Assembly: GCA_046704425.1 (NCBI GenBank)
Contig: JBJKRX010000050.1
Coordinates: forward strand, 1 to 63,015
Reading direction: 5' to 3'
Origin: Nitrospirota bacterium
GTDB taxonomy: Bacteria; Nitrospirota; UBA9217
DNA: 63,015 nt
A program made the position numbers and the translations under genes. Under the pieces are notes generated by a model that was not told the DNA's origin, did no database searches, and was given only the letters and a program-made list of their open reading frames with translations. Position 1 is the stretch's first letter. Each line of letters begins with the position of its first letter. This document shows, in pieces, positions 54,167 to 62,829 of the stretch.

Positions 54167-55486
54167 TTAATCCAACTTAGATTCTATGTCTTTCGTGAGG
54201 GTGAAAAGAAATTTTTTCCCTGACTTCTGCATGATTAGCAACCCAAGATCTTTTAAACCAAGCAAATCCGTTCTCGCTGTCTGGTACGTTACGCCATGAA
54301 TATTTGCGTGAGTCTCTATTGCAAATATTTCGGCTGGATTTTCGAAAGCGCTGGCAAGCAATGTCCTCTGTCTGATATTCAGCATTGGATATTTATATAC
54401 CAGTTTACGCACATTGTATTTTTCTTTCTGCTTTCTTGCTATATATTCATTCAAAATACCGATTGCCTTATGAAGTGCTTTTAAGTTATAAACGACAAAA
54501 TATGTTGCGTCGTTTCCATCCAATTCAGAGTATAGAAAAGATCGGTAATACTGGGCCCGCGCACTTAGTATTGCAGTCGAAACCGATAGATACTCAAACA
54601 CCCAATATTTCTTCTTTAAAACATACCAATAGAAGAGTGCTCTCGCGGTACGCCCATTACCGTCCATAAAGGGGTGGACATAAGCCAGCCAAAAGTGAAG
54701 CAATATCCCTTTAATGATCGGGTTAACAAATTCGTCTTGTTCGTCATTATTGGCAAAGTCGCATAGCTTTAGCATCAGGTCCTCGACTCGATCGGGCTCT
54801 GGCGGTTTGTAGAGAACAGTTTGCTCGTCACTATCGAAAACGTAAATCGTATCATCGCCAGGCATACGATATCGACCTGCCCAATCAGGGTTTTCTAGAG
54901 TATCTTTAGTCATGTGCCGATGAAGCTCGAGTATCAACTCTTTAGAAAGTGGTTCGTTTAGATGGTTCTTGATCATTTGCATTGATTGAAAATTATTATA
55001 GATCATTTTCTCGGACTGATCTTTCGGTTTTCTTCCGGTTCTTAACATTTCTTTTGCTACGATCCGGGTCGTTGCAGCTCCTTCTATCTGACTAGAAGAT
55101 ATCGCCTCTTCAACTAATGACCGCATCATGTATCTCCGTTTTTCCTCTGATGCAACGGATGGGTCATCAACAATTATCGATCCACCAGCCTGCTGATCGA
55201 TGAAATGTACATCTCTGAGGACACAGTCAGGCAAGCAGTAGGAAAACGACTGATTAGTTGAGTCAACAAGCTGAAAATATTTTGATTGCACTAACCGATA
55301 CATCTTAAGTAGTGTCCAGCCTTGTTCATGCGACATCCCTTCCGGCATTTGGACATATTTGAAATCAGTCCAATACATGTACTCACTATTGGCTTTTTTT
55401 ATAACGCTACTAAGTTTGCTAGATAGCTCCGGCGTTAGTGGAGTCTTGATTGAAGAAAACTCTGGCGTCTTTTCAGGAATTTTCAC
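54167..55486 (-). CDS. Fic family protein (class II inhibitory motif; C-terminal wHTH-like domain), AT-rich
   Basis: 439-aa ORF with GTG start and GAGG 8 nt upstream. Fic motif HPFMDGNGRTAR. SSSQIEGA matches (S/T)xxxE(G/N). Codon usage is visibly AT-biased relative to neighbours. Confidence 0.85.
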   Translation of the reverse strand: MKIPEKTPEFSSIKTPLTPELSSKLSSVIKKANSEYMYWTDFKYVQMPEGMSHEQGWTLLKMYRLVQSKYFQLVDSTNQSFSYCLPDCVLRDVHFIDQQAGGSIIVDDPSVASEEKRRYMMRSLVEEAISSSQIEGAATTRIVAKEMLRTGRKPKDQSEKMIYNNFQSMQMIKNHLNEPLSKELILELHRHMTKDTLENPDWAGRYRMPGDDTIYVFDSDEQTVLYKPPEPDRVEDLMLKLCDFANNDEQDEFVNPIIKGILLHFWLAYVHPFMDGNGRTARALFYWYVLKKKYWVFEYLSVSTAILSARAQYYRSFLYSELDGNDATYFVVYNLKALHKAIGILNEYIARKQKEKYNVRKLVYKYPMLNIRQRTLLASAFENPAEIFAIETHANIHGVTYQTARTDLLGLKDLGLLIMQKSGKKFLFTLTKDIESKLD

Positions 55487-55515
55487 TTTATTCGCCTCAA
55501 TTACTAATTTAGTTT

Positions 55516-55620
55516 ATATTAGTAAATACCTAGTATTTTAATATAAGTACTAATATGCATTTTATTTACCATAACACATAGCCGATGTCAAGTAAATACT
55601 AATATAAATTACATTAGTAT
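55516..55620. repeat. Cluster of TACTAATAT / AGTAAATAC short repeats in an extremely AT-rich spacer
   Basis: TACTAATAT at 55548-55556 and 55597-55605. Its complement ATATTAGTA at 55516-55524. A partial complement ATTAGTAT at 55613-55620. AGTAAATAC at 55521-55529 and 55591-55599. Confidence 0.6.
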
Positions 55621-55717
55621 ATATTATAATAAACAACTTAATTTCATGGAGTTATGAATGATGAAGCATGTGGAAAAACGTTAATATGAATAATATCAAT
55701 GCAGTATTTCGTGCGGG

Positions 55718-58366
55718 CTACCGCGCATCTCTTTTCCGTCGTATCCACTTCTCGATCTCCACGGCAACAAACACCGTAAGCGAGAGCAGGAACACGAGGC
55801 CGAGCTCCGGGAGGGACAGGGACTGGGTGATGAAGACCTCGTGGAAGACCGGGACGTAGATCACGGCGAGCTGGAGGATGATCGTGCCGAGCACGACGAG
55901 GAAGAGCGTGGTGTTCGAGAAAAGGCCCTGGGTGAAGAGCGACTGTTTCTCCGACCGGATGGCCATCACGTGGCCGAGCTGCAGGAGGCAGAGCACGGTA
56001 AAGACCATGGTCTGCCAGTGGCTGTCGCCGGTGTGGATGGCCCAGGCCTGGAGCGGCAGCACCACCGCAGCCATGAGCAGGCCCACCCAGACGGCGTGCG
56101 CGCCGAGGCCGTGGGCAAAGACGCTCTCGTTCGGCCTGCGCGGGGGGCGCTGCATCACGTCTCCCTCCTCGGGCTCCAGGGACAGGGCAAGCGCTGGCAG
56201 GCCGTCGGTCAGGAGGTTGATCCAGAGGATCTGGATCGGCTGGAGCGGCACGGGCAGACCGAAGAAGGGTGCGAGGAAGAGTGTCCAGATCTCGCCCGAG
56301 TTCGTGGAGAGGAGATAACGCACGAACTTCCGGATATTGTCGTAGATCCTGCGACCCTGGCGCACAGCCTTCACGATGGTCGCGAAGTCGTCGTCCAGGA
56401 GGATGAGCGACGACGCCTCCTTGGCCACGTCCGTTCCGGTGATTCCCATGGCAACGCCGATGTCCGCTGCCTTGAGCGCAGGTGCGTCGTTCACGCCGTC
56501 TCCGGTCATGGCAACGAAATGTCCCCGGTCTCGCAGGGCCTTTACGATCGTAAGCTTCTGCTCGGGCGCCACGCGCGCATAGACCCGGATGCGTTCTACC
56601 CGTTGTTCGAATTCATTAAAGGAAAGGGCCGCGAGCTCCCTGCCGGTGATAACAGCCTCTGGATCGTCCTGGTCCAGGATGCCCACGCGTTTTGCGATGA
56701 CCTGCGCGGTCAGAGGATGGTCTCCGGTGATCATGACCGGCACCACGCCTGCTGCCCTGCACTGGGCTACTGCCTCCTTTGCCTCGGGCCGCGGCGGGTC
56801 AAGGAGCCCGACGAGCCCCACGAGCATCAGCCCGGCCTCCGCGTCCTGCGGCAGAGGCGCATTGTCCGGGATTGGTGCCTCTTTGACGGCTATTCCTAAA
56901 ACACGCAGACCCTTTGCTGCCATGGCCTCGTTCACGTTCATGACCGCGTCCCTGTCCAGAGGCTGCACTCCCTCTGCAGTCAGGACATTCTGCGTCCTAT
57001 CGAGCAGCTCATCGATCGCGCCCTTGGTGATAACGAGCGACGCGTCCGTGCCTTCCCTCTTCGGCAGCCTATGCAGGGTGGTCATGAGCTTGCGCACGGA
57101 GTCGAAGGGGATCTCGTTGATCCGCGGATATTCCTGTTCGAGCTCTTGCTTTACGAATCCCGCTGCCTTTGCCATGCTGTAGAGCGCTGCCTCGGTGGGA
57201 TCGCCGATCACGCGATTCTCGTTGTCTTCGCGCGCGTCGTTCGAGAGCGCCAGGCACGTGAGAAGAAGCGATCGCGGATCATCGCGTGCAGGAGCTTTGG
57301 TGGATGGTGAAACCTCCGCAGCAGGCGAGAGGGCATTGTCCACCCAGACCTCTTCCGCGGTCATGCGGTTCACGGTCAGGGTGCCGGTCTTGTCCGTGCA
57401 GATATAGGTGACCGACCCGAGGGTCTCGACCGCGGGCAGCTTTCGGACCAGGGCATTGCTCTGGACCATGGCGCGCGCCCCCAGGGCGAGCGAGATGGTC
57501 ACCACCGCGGGCAGGGCCTCGGGCACGGCGGCAACGGCGAGGCTCACGGCCACGAGGAAGATCCGGGCCGCGGGCTCGCCGCGCAAAAGGCCGGCAGCAA
57601 AGATGATCGCGCAGATCAGAAGCACTGCCGCGCCGAGCCGCTTGCCGAAAGTCGCCAGCCGCTTCTGGAGCGGCGTCTTCCCTTCGGGCTCCTTCTGAAT
57701 GAGCGCGGCGATCCTGCCGAGCTCGGTCTCCATGCCTGTGGAGACCACGACGCCTTTGCCCCTGCCCGCGCTCACGATCGTGCCCTTGTACACCATGTTC
57801 CTGCGATCGCCGAGCGGGAGCCCTTCGTCCGCGATCGCCTGGCTGTGCTTGTCGCTCGGCACGGACTCGCCGGTGAGCGCCGCTTCCTCGACCCTGAGGC
57901 TTGCTGCCTCGCAGACCCGGATGTCGGCCGGCACGATGCCCCCCGCGTCGAGCAGCACCATGTCCCCCGGGACGAGTGCCGCGGCAGGGACCGTGGCGGT
58001 GATCCCGTCGCGCAGCACCACGGCATGGGCTGCAGCCATCTTCCGGAGCGCGGCGATCGCCTTCTCGGCGCGATACTCCTGGCTCGCGCCGAGGACCGCG
58101 TTCAGGAGCACGATCACGACGATGGCGAGGGTGTCCACGGGATCGCCCACGATGCCCGAGACCACGGCGGCAACCAGCAGGATCAGGATGAGGAAGTCCG
58201 TGAACTGGCCGAGGAACATGGCTGCTACGGACTTGCGCTTCTGCTCCGCGAGCTCGTTCGGGCCGTAGCGCTCCTGGCGGATGCGCGCCTCGTCCGTCGA
58301 GAGGCCGCGCTTTGTCGTGCCCAGCTCACGAAGGACATCGGCAACGTTCTGTTGGTAGGGATGCAT
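55718..58366 (-). CDS. P-type cation-transporting ATPase (P2-type, Ca2+/Mg2+-ATPase-like)
   Basis: C-terminal 882 codons of track ORF 55718..59044(-). Start at MHPYQQNVADVLRELGTTKRGLS (ATG 58366). Motifs: TGES, ICTDKTGTLT, MITGDH, GDGVNDAPALKAADIGVAMG. Confidence 0.9.
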   Translation of the reverse strand: MHPYQQNVADVLRELGTTKRGLSTDEARIRQERYGPNELAEQKRKSVAAMFLGQFTDFLILILLVAAVVSGIVGDPVDTLAIVVIVLLNAVLGASQEYRAEKAIAALRKMAAAHAVVLRDGITATVPAAALVPGDMVLLDAGGIVPADIRVCEAASLRVEEAALTGESVPSDKHSQAIADEGLPLGDRRNMVYKGTIVSAGRGKGVVVSTGMETELGRIAALIQKEPEGKTPLQKRLATFGKRLGAAVLLICAIIFAAGLLRGEPAARIFLVAVSLAVAAVPEALPAVVTISLALGARAMVQSNALVRKLPAVETLGSVTYICTDKTGTLTVNRMTAEEVWVDNALSPAAEVSPSTKAPARDDPRSLLLTCLALSNDAREDNENRVIGDPTEAALYSMAKAAGFVKQELEQEYPRINEIPFDSVRKLMTTLHRLPKREGTDASLVITKGAIDELLDRTQNVLTAEGVQPLDRDAVMNVNEAMAAKGLRVLGIAVKEAPIPDNAPLPQDAEAGLMLVGLVGLLDPPRPEAKEAVAQCRAAGVVPVMITGDHPLTAQVIAKRVGILDQDDPEAVITGRELAALSFNEFEQRVERIRVYARVAPEQKLTIVKALRDRGHFVAMTGDGVNDAPALKAADIGVAMGITGTDVAKEASSLILLDDDFATIVKAVRQGRRIYDNIRKFVRYLLSTNSGEIWTLFLAPFFGLPVPLQPIQILWINLLTDGLPALALSLEPEEGDVMQRPPRRPNESVFAHGLGAHAVWVGLLMAAVVLPLQAWAIHTGDSHWQTMVFTVLCLLQLGHVMAIRSEKQSLFTQGLFSNTTLFLVVLGTIILQLAVIYVPVFHEVFITQSLSLPELGLVFLLSLTVFVAVEIEKWIRRKRDAR

Positions 58367-58473
58367 GGGGATCGCGCTCGTGCAAGACCGGAACAGCCAA
58401 TGCTTTGACGATAGCATCAAAAGGAGCGCTTGTAAAGCAGAACAGGCCGGCAGGAGGCACGGCCCGGGAGGAA

Positions 58474-58968
58474 TTATTTCAGGTTCTTGATCACGGCCCG
58501 AAGGATATCGGCCCGCGAAAGGATCCCGATGAGGGTATTGTTCTCGTCCGTCACGACCAGCCGCCGGATCTTGCGGTCGGCCATCATGCGCACCGCCTCG
58601 GCGATCTTCGTCTCCTGCTGCACGGTCAGGACCGGCGCGGTCATGACGTCGCCCACGTGGTCGCCCATCTTGCGCTCCGGCAACCGCTCGCCGAGCATGT
58701 ACTTGAGCAGGTCCTTGAGCGTCTGCTCGCGCCGCACGCCGACCATGGAGAGGATGTCCGCCTGGGTGATGATGCCCAGGACCTTGTCGTCCTTGTCCAC
58801 GACCGGCAGGCCGCTGATATTCCGCTCCGACAGGATCCGCGCGACCTTCACGATGCTGTCGTATTTCGAGATGGTGATCACCCCGCGGGTCATCACGTCG
58901 CCGACGAACACCTCGGTGCCGATCGTGGATTTGATGTGCTGGGTGTCGTCGTCGTGCATGGCGCTCAT
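58474..58968 (-). CDS. CBS-domain pair protein
   Basis: Track ORF 58474..59004(-). AAGGAG upstream of ATG 58968. Two CBS units (VMTRGVITISKYDSIVKVARILSERNISGLPVVD; VMTAPVLTVQQETKIAEAVRMMADRKIRRLVVTD). Confidence 0.8.
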   Translation of the reverse strand: MSAMHDDDTQHIKSTIGTEVFVGDVMTRGVITISKYDSIVKVARILSERNISGLPVVDKDDKVLGIITQADILSMVGVRREQTLKDLLKYMLGERLPERKMGDHVGDVMTAPVLTVQQETKIAEAVRMMADRKIRRLVVTDENNTLIGILSRADILRAVIKNLK

Positions 58969-59015
58969 GGGGGACTCCTTGGATGGGGGATTTGGGCCGG
59001 CCAAGGCCGCGGGGC

Positions 59016-59044
59016 ACTATACCATGACGCGGCCCCTGCCGCAA
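59016..59044 (-). promoter_or_regulatory. Internal sigma70-like promoter (extended -10) ahead of the CBS / ATPase genes
   Basis: Minus strand reads TTGCGG (rc of 59039-59044), 17-nt spacer ending in TGG, then TATAGT (rc of 59016-59021). Confidence 0.4.
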
Positions 59045-59089
59045 CGATCAGGAACGCGGCGAGTGTTTTTTTGTGACCGCGTGAAGGAA

Positions 59090-59725
59090 TCAGGCCTCGG
59101 GTGCCCGGTTGCCGAGCGCCGCCTTCAACTCGTCGTAGGTCCGCTTCGTTATCAGGTGCCCGTCCTGGGGCAGGAGGCCTTTTTTGCGCTCTGCTTCGCC
59201 CACGGCCCCTTCCCTCCGCTCGGGTTCGAAGGGAAAGCCCGAGGCCTTGGGAAATTGCAAAAACAGGACGCTGTTGTCCTCGCGCAGGCGTTTGACGACG
59301 AAGTAGGTGCAGGGGAATTGCCGGTGCCGTTTGAAGATCCCGAGGGTGCGGCGGGGCTCGTACTCGCGCAAATAGTCGCCGTTCAAATGCAGCACCCCTT
59401 CCTCCGTCTCGACGAAGTAGTGCGGCCCCTGCGGGCCCGGCTCGTCGACCCGGAGCGCGCGTTCCGTGCGATAGGCCTCGGACACGAGCATCCCCTCTTC
59501 CTCGAGCCGCTCATAGGTCGTTTTCCCGCGCTTGGTGACGGTCCAGAAAGAGGTGCCCTGCACGTTGATCACCCGGTTGGTGATCAGGAGCGAGATAACG
59601 AAGAGGAAGAGTCCCCCCACGGGCTTCGCCCATTCCGGCGCTCCCGCGGGCAGCACGTACAGGAAGCCCTTGAGCAGGCCCATGAAGAAGACGTAGAAGA
59701 TGAGGGCTGCCGCGATTACGCGCAT
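59090..59725 (-). CDS. Hypothetical 2-TM membrane protein with soluble C-terminal domain (no family recognised)
   Basis: Track ORF 59090..59797(-). Start taken at MRVIAAALIFYVFFMGLL (ATG 59725), which overlaps the upstream gene by 10 nt. Second TM GGLFLFVISLLITNRVI. About 150-aa charged C-terminal part. Confidence 0.6.
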   Translation of the reverse strand: MRVIAAALIFYVFFMGLLKGFLYVLPAGAPEWAKPVGGLFLFVISLLITNRVINVQGTSFWTVTKRGKTTYERLEEEGMLVSEAYRTERALRVDEPGPQGPHYFVETEEGVLHLNGDYLREYEPRRTLGIFKRHRQFPCTYFVVKRLREDNSVLFLQFPKASGFPFEPERREGAVGEAERKKGLLPQDGHLITKRTYDELKAALGNRAPEA

Positions 59726-60612
59726 GACGCTCCTTTCCTCCGCGGCACCTGCGCCGCGACCTGCGTCTGGAAGTAGCGGTGCAGGACCCGGCTGCAATTG
59801 TGCACGATGCCCCCCTTCGCGTTCACGATGAAGATCCGGTCCTGGATCGTGAAGAGCTCGCGCTCCAGCCGGCGCACGGGCGGCGGCTCAGCGCTTCGCG
59901 CTGCCAGGGCCTGCGCGAACAAGGGCACGAGCTTGTCCTGCATCCGGAGCTCCGTGTCCATGAGGAACAGGGCGAGCGAGGGCGCCAGGTCGAAGACCCG
60001 GTCGAGGAAAGCCGCGATCTCGCCCTCCATGATCTGCTTGGGCGGGGAGGACTTGACCTCGACGTAGAGCAGCGCTCCCTCGAGCCCGGCGATCACGTCG
60101 TAGTCGCCTCCCACGCGGGGCCGCCGGAACTTGACGCCCCAGAGGGCCTCGGCCCCGAAGTCTTGCCGGAAGATCTCCGCGGTGTACCATTCGAGCGTGG
60201 GACCGAAGCTCGTGATCGGCCGGACGATGCGATATCCTGCCCCCGTCTTCCGGATCAGCCGCAGGGATCGGAGAAACTCGATGTAGCCTTGCGTCTTCTG
60301 CGGCGTCGCGTAGCGCGCCACGTCCGCGAGCGTGAACAGGGCCTGGTGCTTGATCACGTCGCGCAGGAAGAGCCGGAAGGAGTACCGGTGCAGCATGGCG
60401 TACCAGGCGTCGCGGCCGCGCGCACTCGGCACGAAGAGGTCCTCTTCCGGCTGTTGTTTATAGACCAGGAACCCCCGCCGCTTCAGGAGCGCGGCAAGGG
60501 AGGGGAGGCGCTCCGTAACGACCGTGCGCAAATGCCGGACCTCGCGTCGCAGGGCACGACGCTCTTGTCTCCATGCTGCACAGGGGTCCGGCTGGGGTCG
60601 CAGGCCAGCCAT
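59716..60612 (-). CDS. Hypothetical protein: predicted wHTH + PD-(D/E)XK (YraN/Hjc-like) nuclease-fold core
   Basis: 298-aa ORF starting 6 nt after the acdB-like stop. LADVARYATPQKTQGYIEFLRSLRLIRKTGAGYRI is wHTH-like. GGDYDVIAGLEGALLYVEVKSS resembles the D...(D/E)xK restriction-endonuclease-fold motif. Confidence 0.6.
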   Translation of the reverse strand: MAGLRPQPDPCAAWRQERRALRREVRHLRTVVTERLPSLAALLKRRGFLVYKQQPEEDLFVPSARGRDAWYAMLHRYSFRLFLRDVIKHQALFTLADVARYATPQKTQGYIEFLRSLRLIRKTGAGYRIVRPITSFGPTLEWYTAEIFRQDFGAEALWGVKFRRPRVGGDYDVIAGLEGALLYVEVKSSPPKQIMEGEIAAFLDRVFDLAPSLALFLMDTELRMQDKLVPLFAQALAARSAEPPPVRRLERELFTIQDRIFIVNAKGGIVHNCSRVLHRYFQTQVAAQVPRRKGASCA

Positions 60613-60618
60613 GGCGGA

Positions 60619-61320
60619 TCACGCCAGCACGATCCGCGCGTCGAGCACGGTGGCGCCGCGGACGTAGACGCGCACGGGATTGAGGTCGATCTCCTTGATC
60701 TCCGGGACGTCGGTCAGGAGTCTTCCGACGGTCTCGAGGAGGGTCAGCACGGCGTCGCGGTCCGGCGGGGCGTCGGAGGAACGTTTTCCCGCGAGGAAGG
60801 CGCCTGCCCGCGTCTCGTTGATCATGGCGAGCAGCTCGTCGCGCGTCATGGGCAGGATGCCGAAGACCGCGTCCTGCAGCGCCTCCACCAAAACCCCGCC
60901 GAGGCCGAAGGACAGGGCCGGCCCGAACTGCGGGTCGCGCAGCCCGCCGACCAGGAACTCGACGCCCTGCGGCATCATCCGCTCCACGAGGAACGACCGG
61001 ACCGTTGCATCGGGCGCGCGCACGCCGAGCATCTTCTTCATCATCGTGGCCGAGGCCAGGAGCCCGTTCTTGGCCGTGATGTTCAGCATCACGGCGCCCA
61101 CGTCGGTCTTGTGCAGGATGCCGGGCGAGACCGCCTTGAGCGCCAGGGGATAGCCGACCGCGTCTCCGGCCGCGGCGAGCGCCTTCTCGTCCCCCGCGTC
61201 CGCGACAGCGAACTTCGGCGTTGCCGCGCCGAGGCCGCGCAGGATCTCCTTCGCCTCGGTCTCGAAAAGCGCGCTGCGTCCCTCTTCCCGCGCCGCCTTG
61301 ATGATCTCCCCTGCGTTCAC
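60619..61320 (-). CDS. ADP-forming acetyl-CoA synthetase / acetate-CoA ligase, beta (ATP-grasp) subunit
   Basis: C-terminal 233 codons of track ORF 60619..62529(-). VNAGEIIKAAREEGRSALFETEAKEILRGLG...YPLALKAVSPGILHKTDVGAV...FLVERM. GTG 61320 overlaps the alpha-subunit stop (GTGA). Confidence 0.75.
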   Translation of the reverse strand: MNAGEIIKAAREEGRSALFETEAKEILRGLGAATPKFAVADAGDEKALAAAGDAVGYPLALKAVSPGILHKTDVGAVMLNITAKNGLLASATMMKKMLGVRAPDATVRSFLVERMMPQGVEFLVGGLRDPQFGPALSFGLGGVLVEALQDAVFGILPMTRDELLAMINETRAGAFLAGKRSSDAPPDRDAVLTLLETVGRLLTDVPEIKEIDLNPVRVYVRGATVLDARIVLA

Positions 61321-62693
61321 GGGCACCCCCGGTTCTCGCCGGCCTTGCGGAGCGCGGACAGGGCGCGCACCGCCCGCTCGGGCGACGGGTACACGGGTAT
61401 GCCGAGCTTCAGGAGCGCGCTCATGGCCTCGCGGGTGTAGCCCAGGCCCTGCAGGATGCAGCAGACCACGGGCTTCTTGGCCTCGTGACAGGCCTGCGCC
61501 ACGAGCTCCACGGCGCGGTCGGTCACGACGGTCGCGCCCATCAGGATGATCACGACCGCGGCGTCGTAGTGCGGCAGGGCCGCGTTGAGCGCCGCGGCAT
61601 AGTCCTCGTTCCTGCCGCTGCCGGTGATGTCGATAGGATTGTTCATGACGAAGAAGGGGGGGAACGTCCCGGCGAGCCGTTCGCGCACCTCGGCGGGCGT
61701 GCGCGGCATGACGAAGCCCTCGGCCTCGGCCTGGTCCGACGCGGCCACGGCCATGCCCCCGCCGTTCGTGACGATCAGGAGCCGGTTGCCGATGCAGGGA
61801 TAGTCCATGAGCGCCACGGCCTTGGCCGCGTCGATCATGTGGTCGAACCCCGCTGCCTCGACCGCGCCGGCCTGGCGGAAGGCGGCCTGGTAGAGGCCGT
61901 AGGTCCCGGCCAGGGTCGCCGTGTGCGAGGCAACGGCCGCGGCGCCGAGCGCGCGCTTGCCGGCCTTCCAGATGAGGAGCGGCTTCTTCGCCGCGAATGC
62001 CTTGGCGGCCTGCAGGAACCGCGCGCCGTCGCGGACCGATTCCATGTACATGGCGACCGCTGCGGTCCGCGGGTCCTCGGCGAAGTAATCGAGCGCGTCC
62101 GCCTCGTCGAGGTCCAGCCGGTTCCCGTAGTTCACGGCCTTGGCGATGCCGAGCCCGTCGCGCGCCAGGGCCTCCATCAGGATGACCGTGATCGCGCCGC
62201 TCTGCGAGATGATCGAGAGCCGTCCCTCCGCGGGACGCGACACGCGGTCCCGGGAGACGAAGAAGCTGTCGAGCTCGTTCTCGGTGTTGTAGACCCCGAG
62301 GGCGTTCGGCCCGATGACCCGGATGCCGTACTCTTGGGAGCGCTCCCGGATCCGTTCCTGCATGCGGAGCCCTTCCTCGCCCGCCTCGGCGAACCCGGAG
62401 CTGATCAGGATCGCCCGCGTGATCCCCTTGGCCCGGAGTCCGTCGAGCTCCTGTTCCACGAGCGGGGCCGGGAGCGCCACGATGGCCAGGTCGATCGGGT
62501 CGGGCACTGCCTGGATCGTCGGATAGCACCGGTGGCCGAGCAGTGTCGTATGCTTGGGATTGACGGGATACACGGCGCCGTGGAAGTGCGACAGGTTTTC
62601 CAGGATGGCGGTGCCGGGCTTGGTCGGCTTGTCCGTGGCCCCGATCAGGGCCACGTTCGTGGGGTAGAAGAATCCGTTCAGGTCATGCGACAT
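61317..62693 (-). CDS. ADP-forming acetyl-CoA synthetase / acetate-CoA ligase, alpha (CoA-binding + ligase-CoA) subunit
   Basis: Track ORF 61317..62819(-). Start at MSHDLNGFFYPTNVALIGAT (ATG 62693). Motifs: YPVNPK, IGPNALGV, SQSGA, and the phospho-His context AASHTATLAG. Confidence 0.8.
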   Translation of the reverse strand: MSHDLNGFFYPTNVALIGATDKPTKPGTAILENLSHFHGAVYPVNPKHTTLLGHRCYPTIQAVPDPIDLAIVALPAPLVEQELDGLRAKGITRAILISSGFAEAGEEGLRMQERIRERSQEYGIRVIGPNALGVYNTENELDSFFVSRDRVSRPAEGRLSIISQSGAITVILMEALARDGLGIAKAVNYGNRLDLDEADALDYFAEDPRTAAVAMYMESVRDGARFLQAAKAFAAKKPLLIWKAGKRALGAAAVASHTATLAGTYGLYQAAFRQAGAVEAAGFDHMIDAAKAVALMDYPCIGNRLLIVTNGGGMAVAASDQAEAEGFVMPRTPAEVRERLAGTFPPFFVMNNPIDITGSGRNEDYAAALNAALPHYDAAVVIILMGATVVTDRAVELVAQACHEAKKPVVCCILQGLGYTREAMSALLKLGIPVYPSPERAVRALSALRKAGENRGCP

Positions 62694-62699
62694 GGAACA

Positions 62700-62728
62700 T
62701 AAATAACATCTTCTTTCCGGAATGTAAA
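62700..62728 (-). promoter_or_regulatory. sigma70-like promoter abutting the acetyl-CoA synthetase alpha start codon
   Basis: Minus strand reads TTTACA (rc of 62723-62728), 17-nt spacer, TATTTA (rc of 62700-62705), then 6 nt (TGTTCC) and ATG 62693. No Shine-Dalgarno. Confidence 0.4.
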
Positions 62729-62829
62729 GGGCATCCTGCCCGAGGCATGCGGCTTCCGGGGCGTAAGGCCGCGATTTTGCAATACCGGCGCAAAAAAGCA
62801 AAAAATCCGGCATTGCCATGGAAAAATTA

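Noticed and set aside
58367-59044. N-terminal 226-residue extension of track ORF 55718..59044(-) on the P-type ATPase
   Set aside because: The extension is Arg/His/Gly-rich nonsense and overlaps the CBS gene in another frame. The ATPase N-terminus MHPYQQNVADVLRELG at ATG 58366 is canonical.
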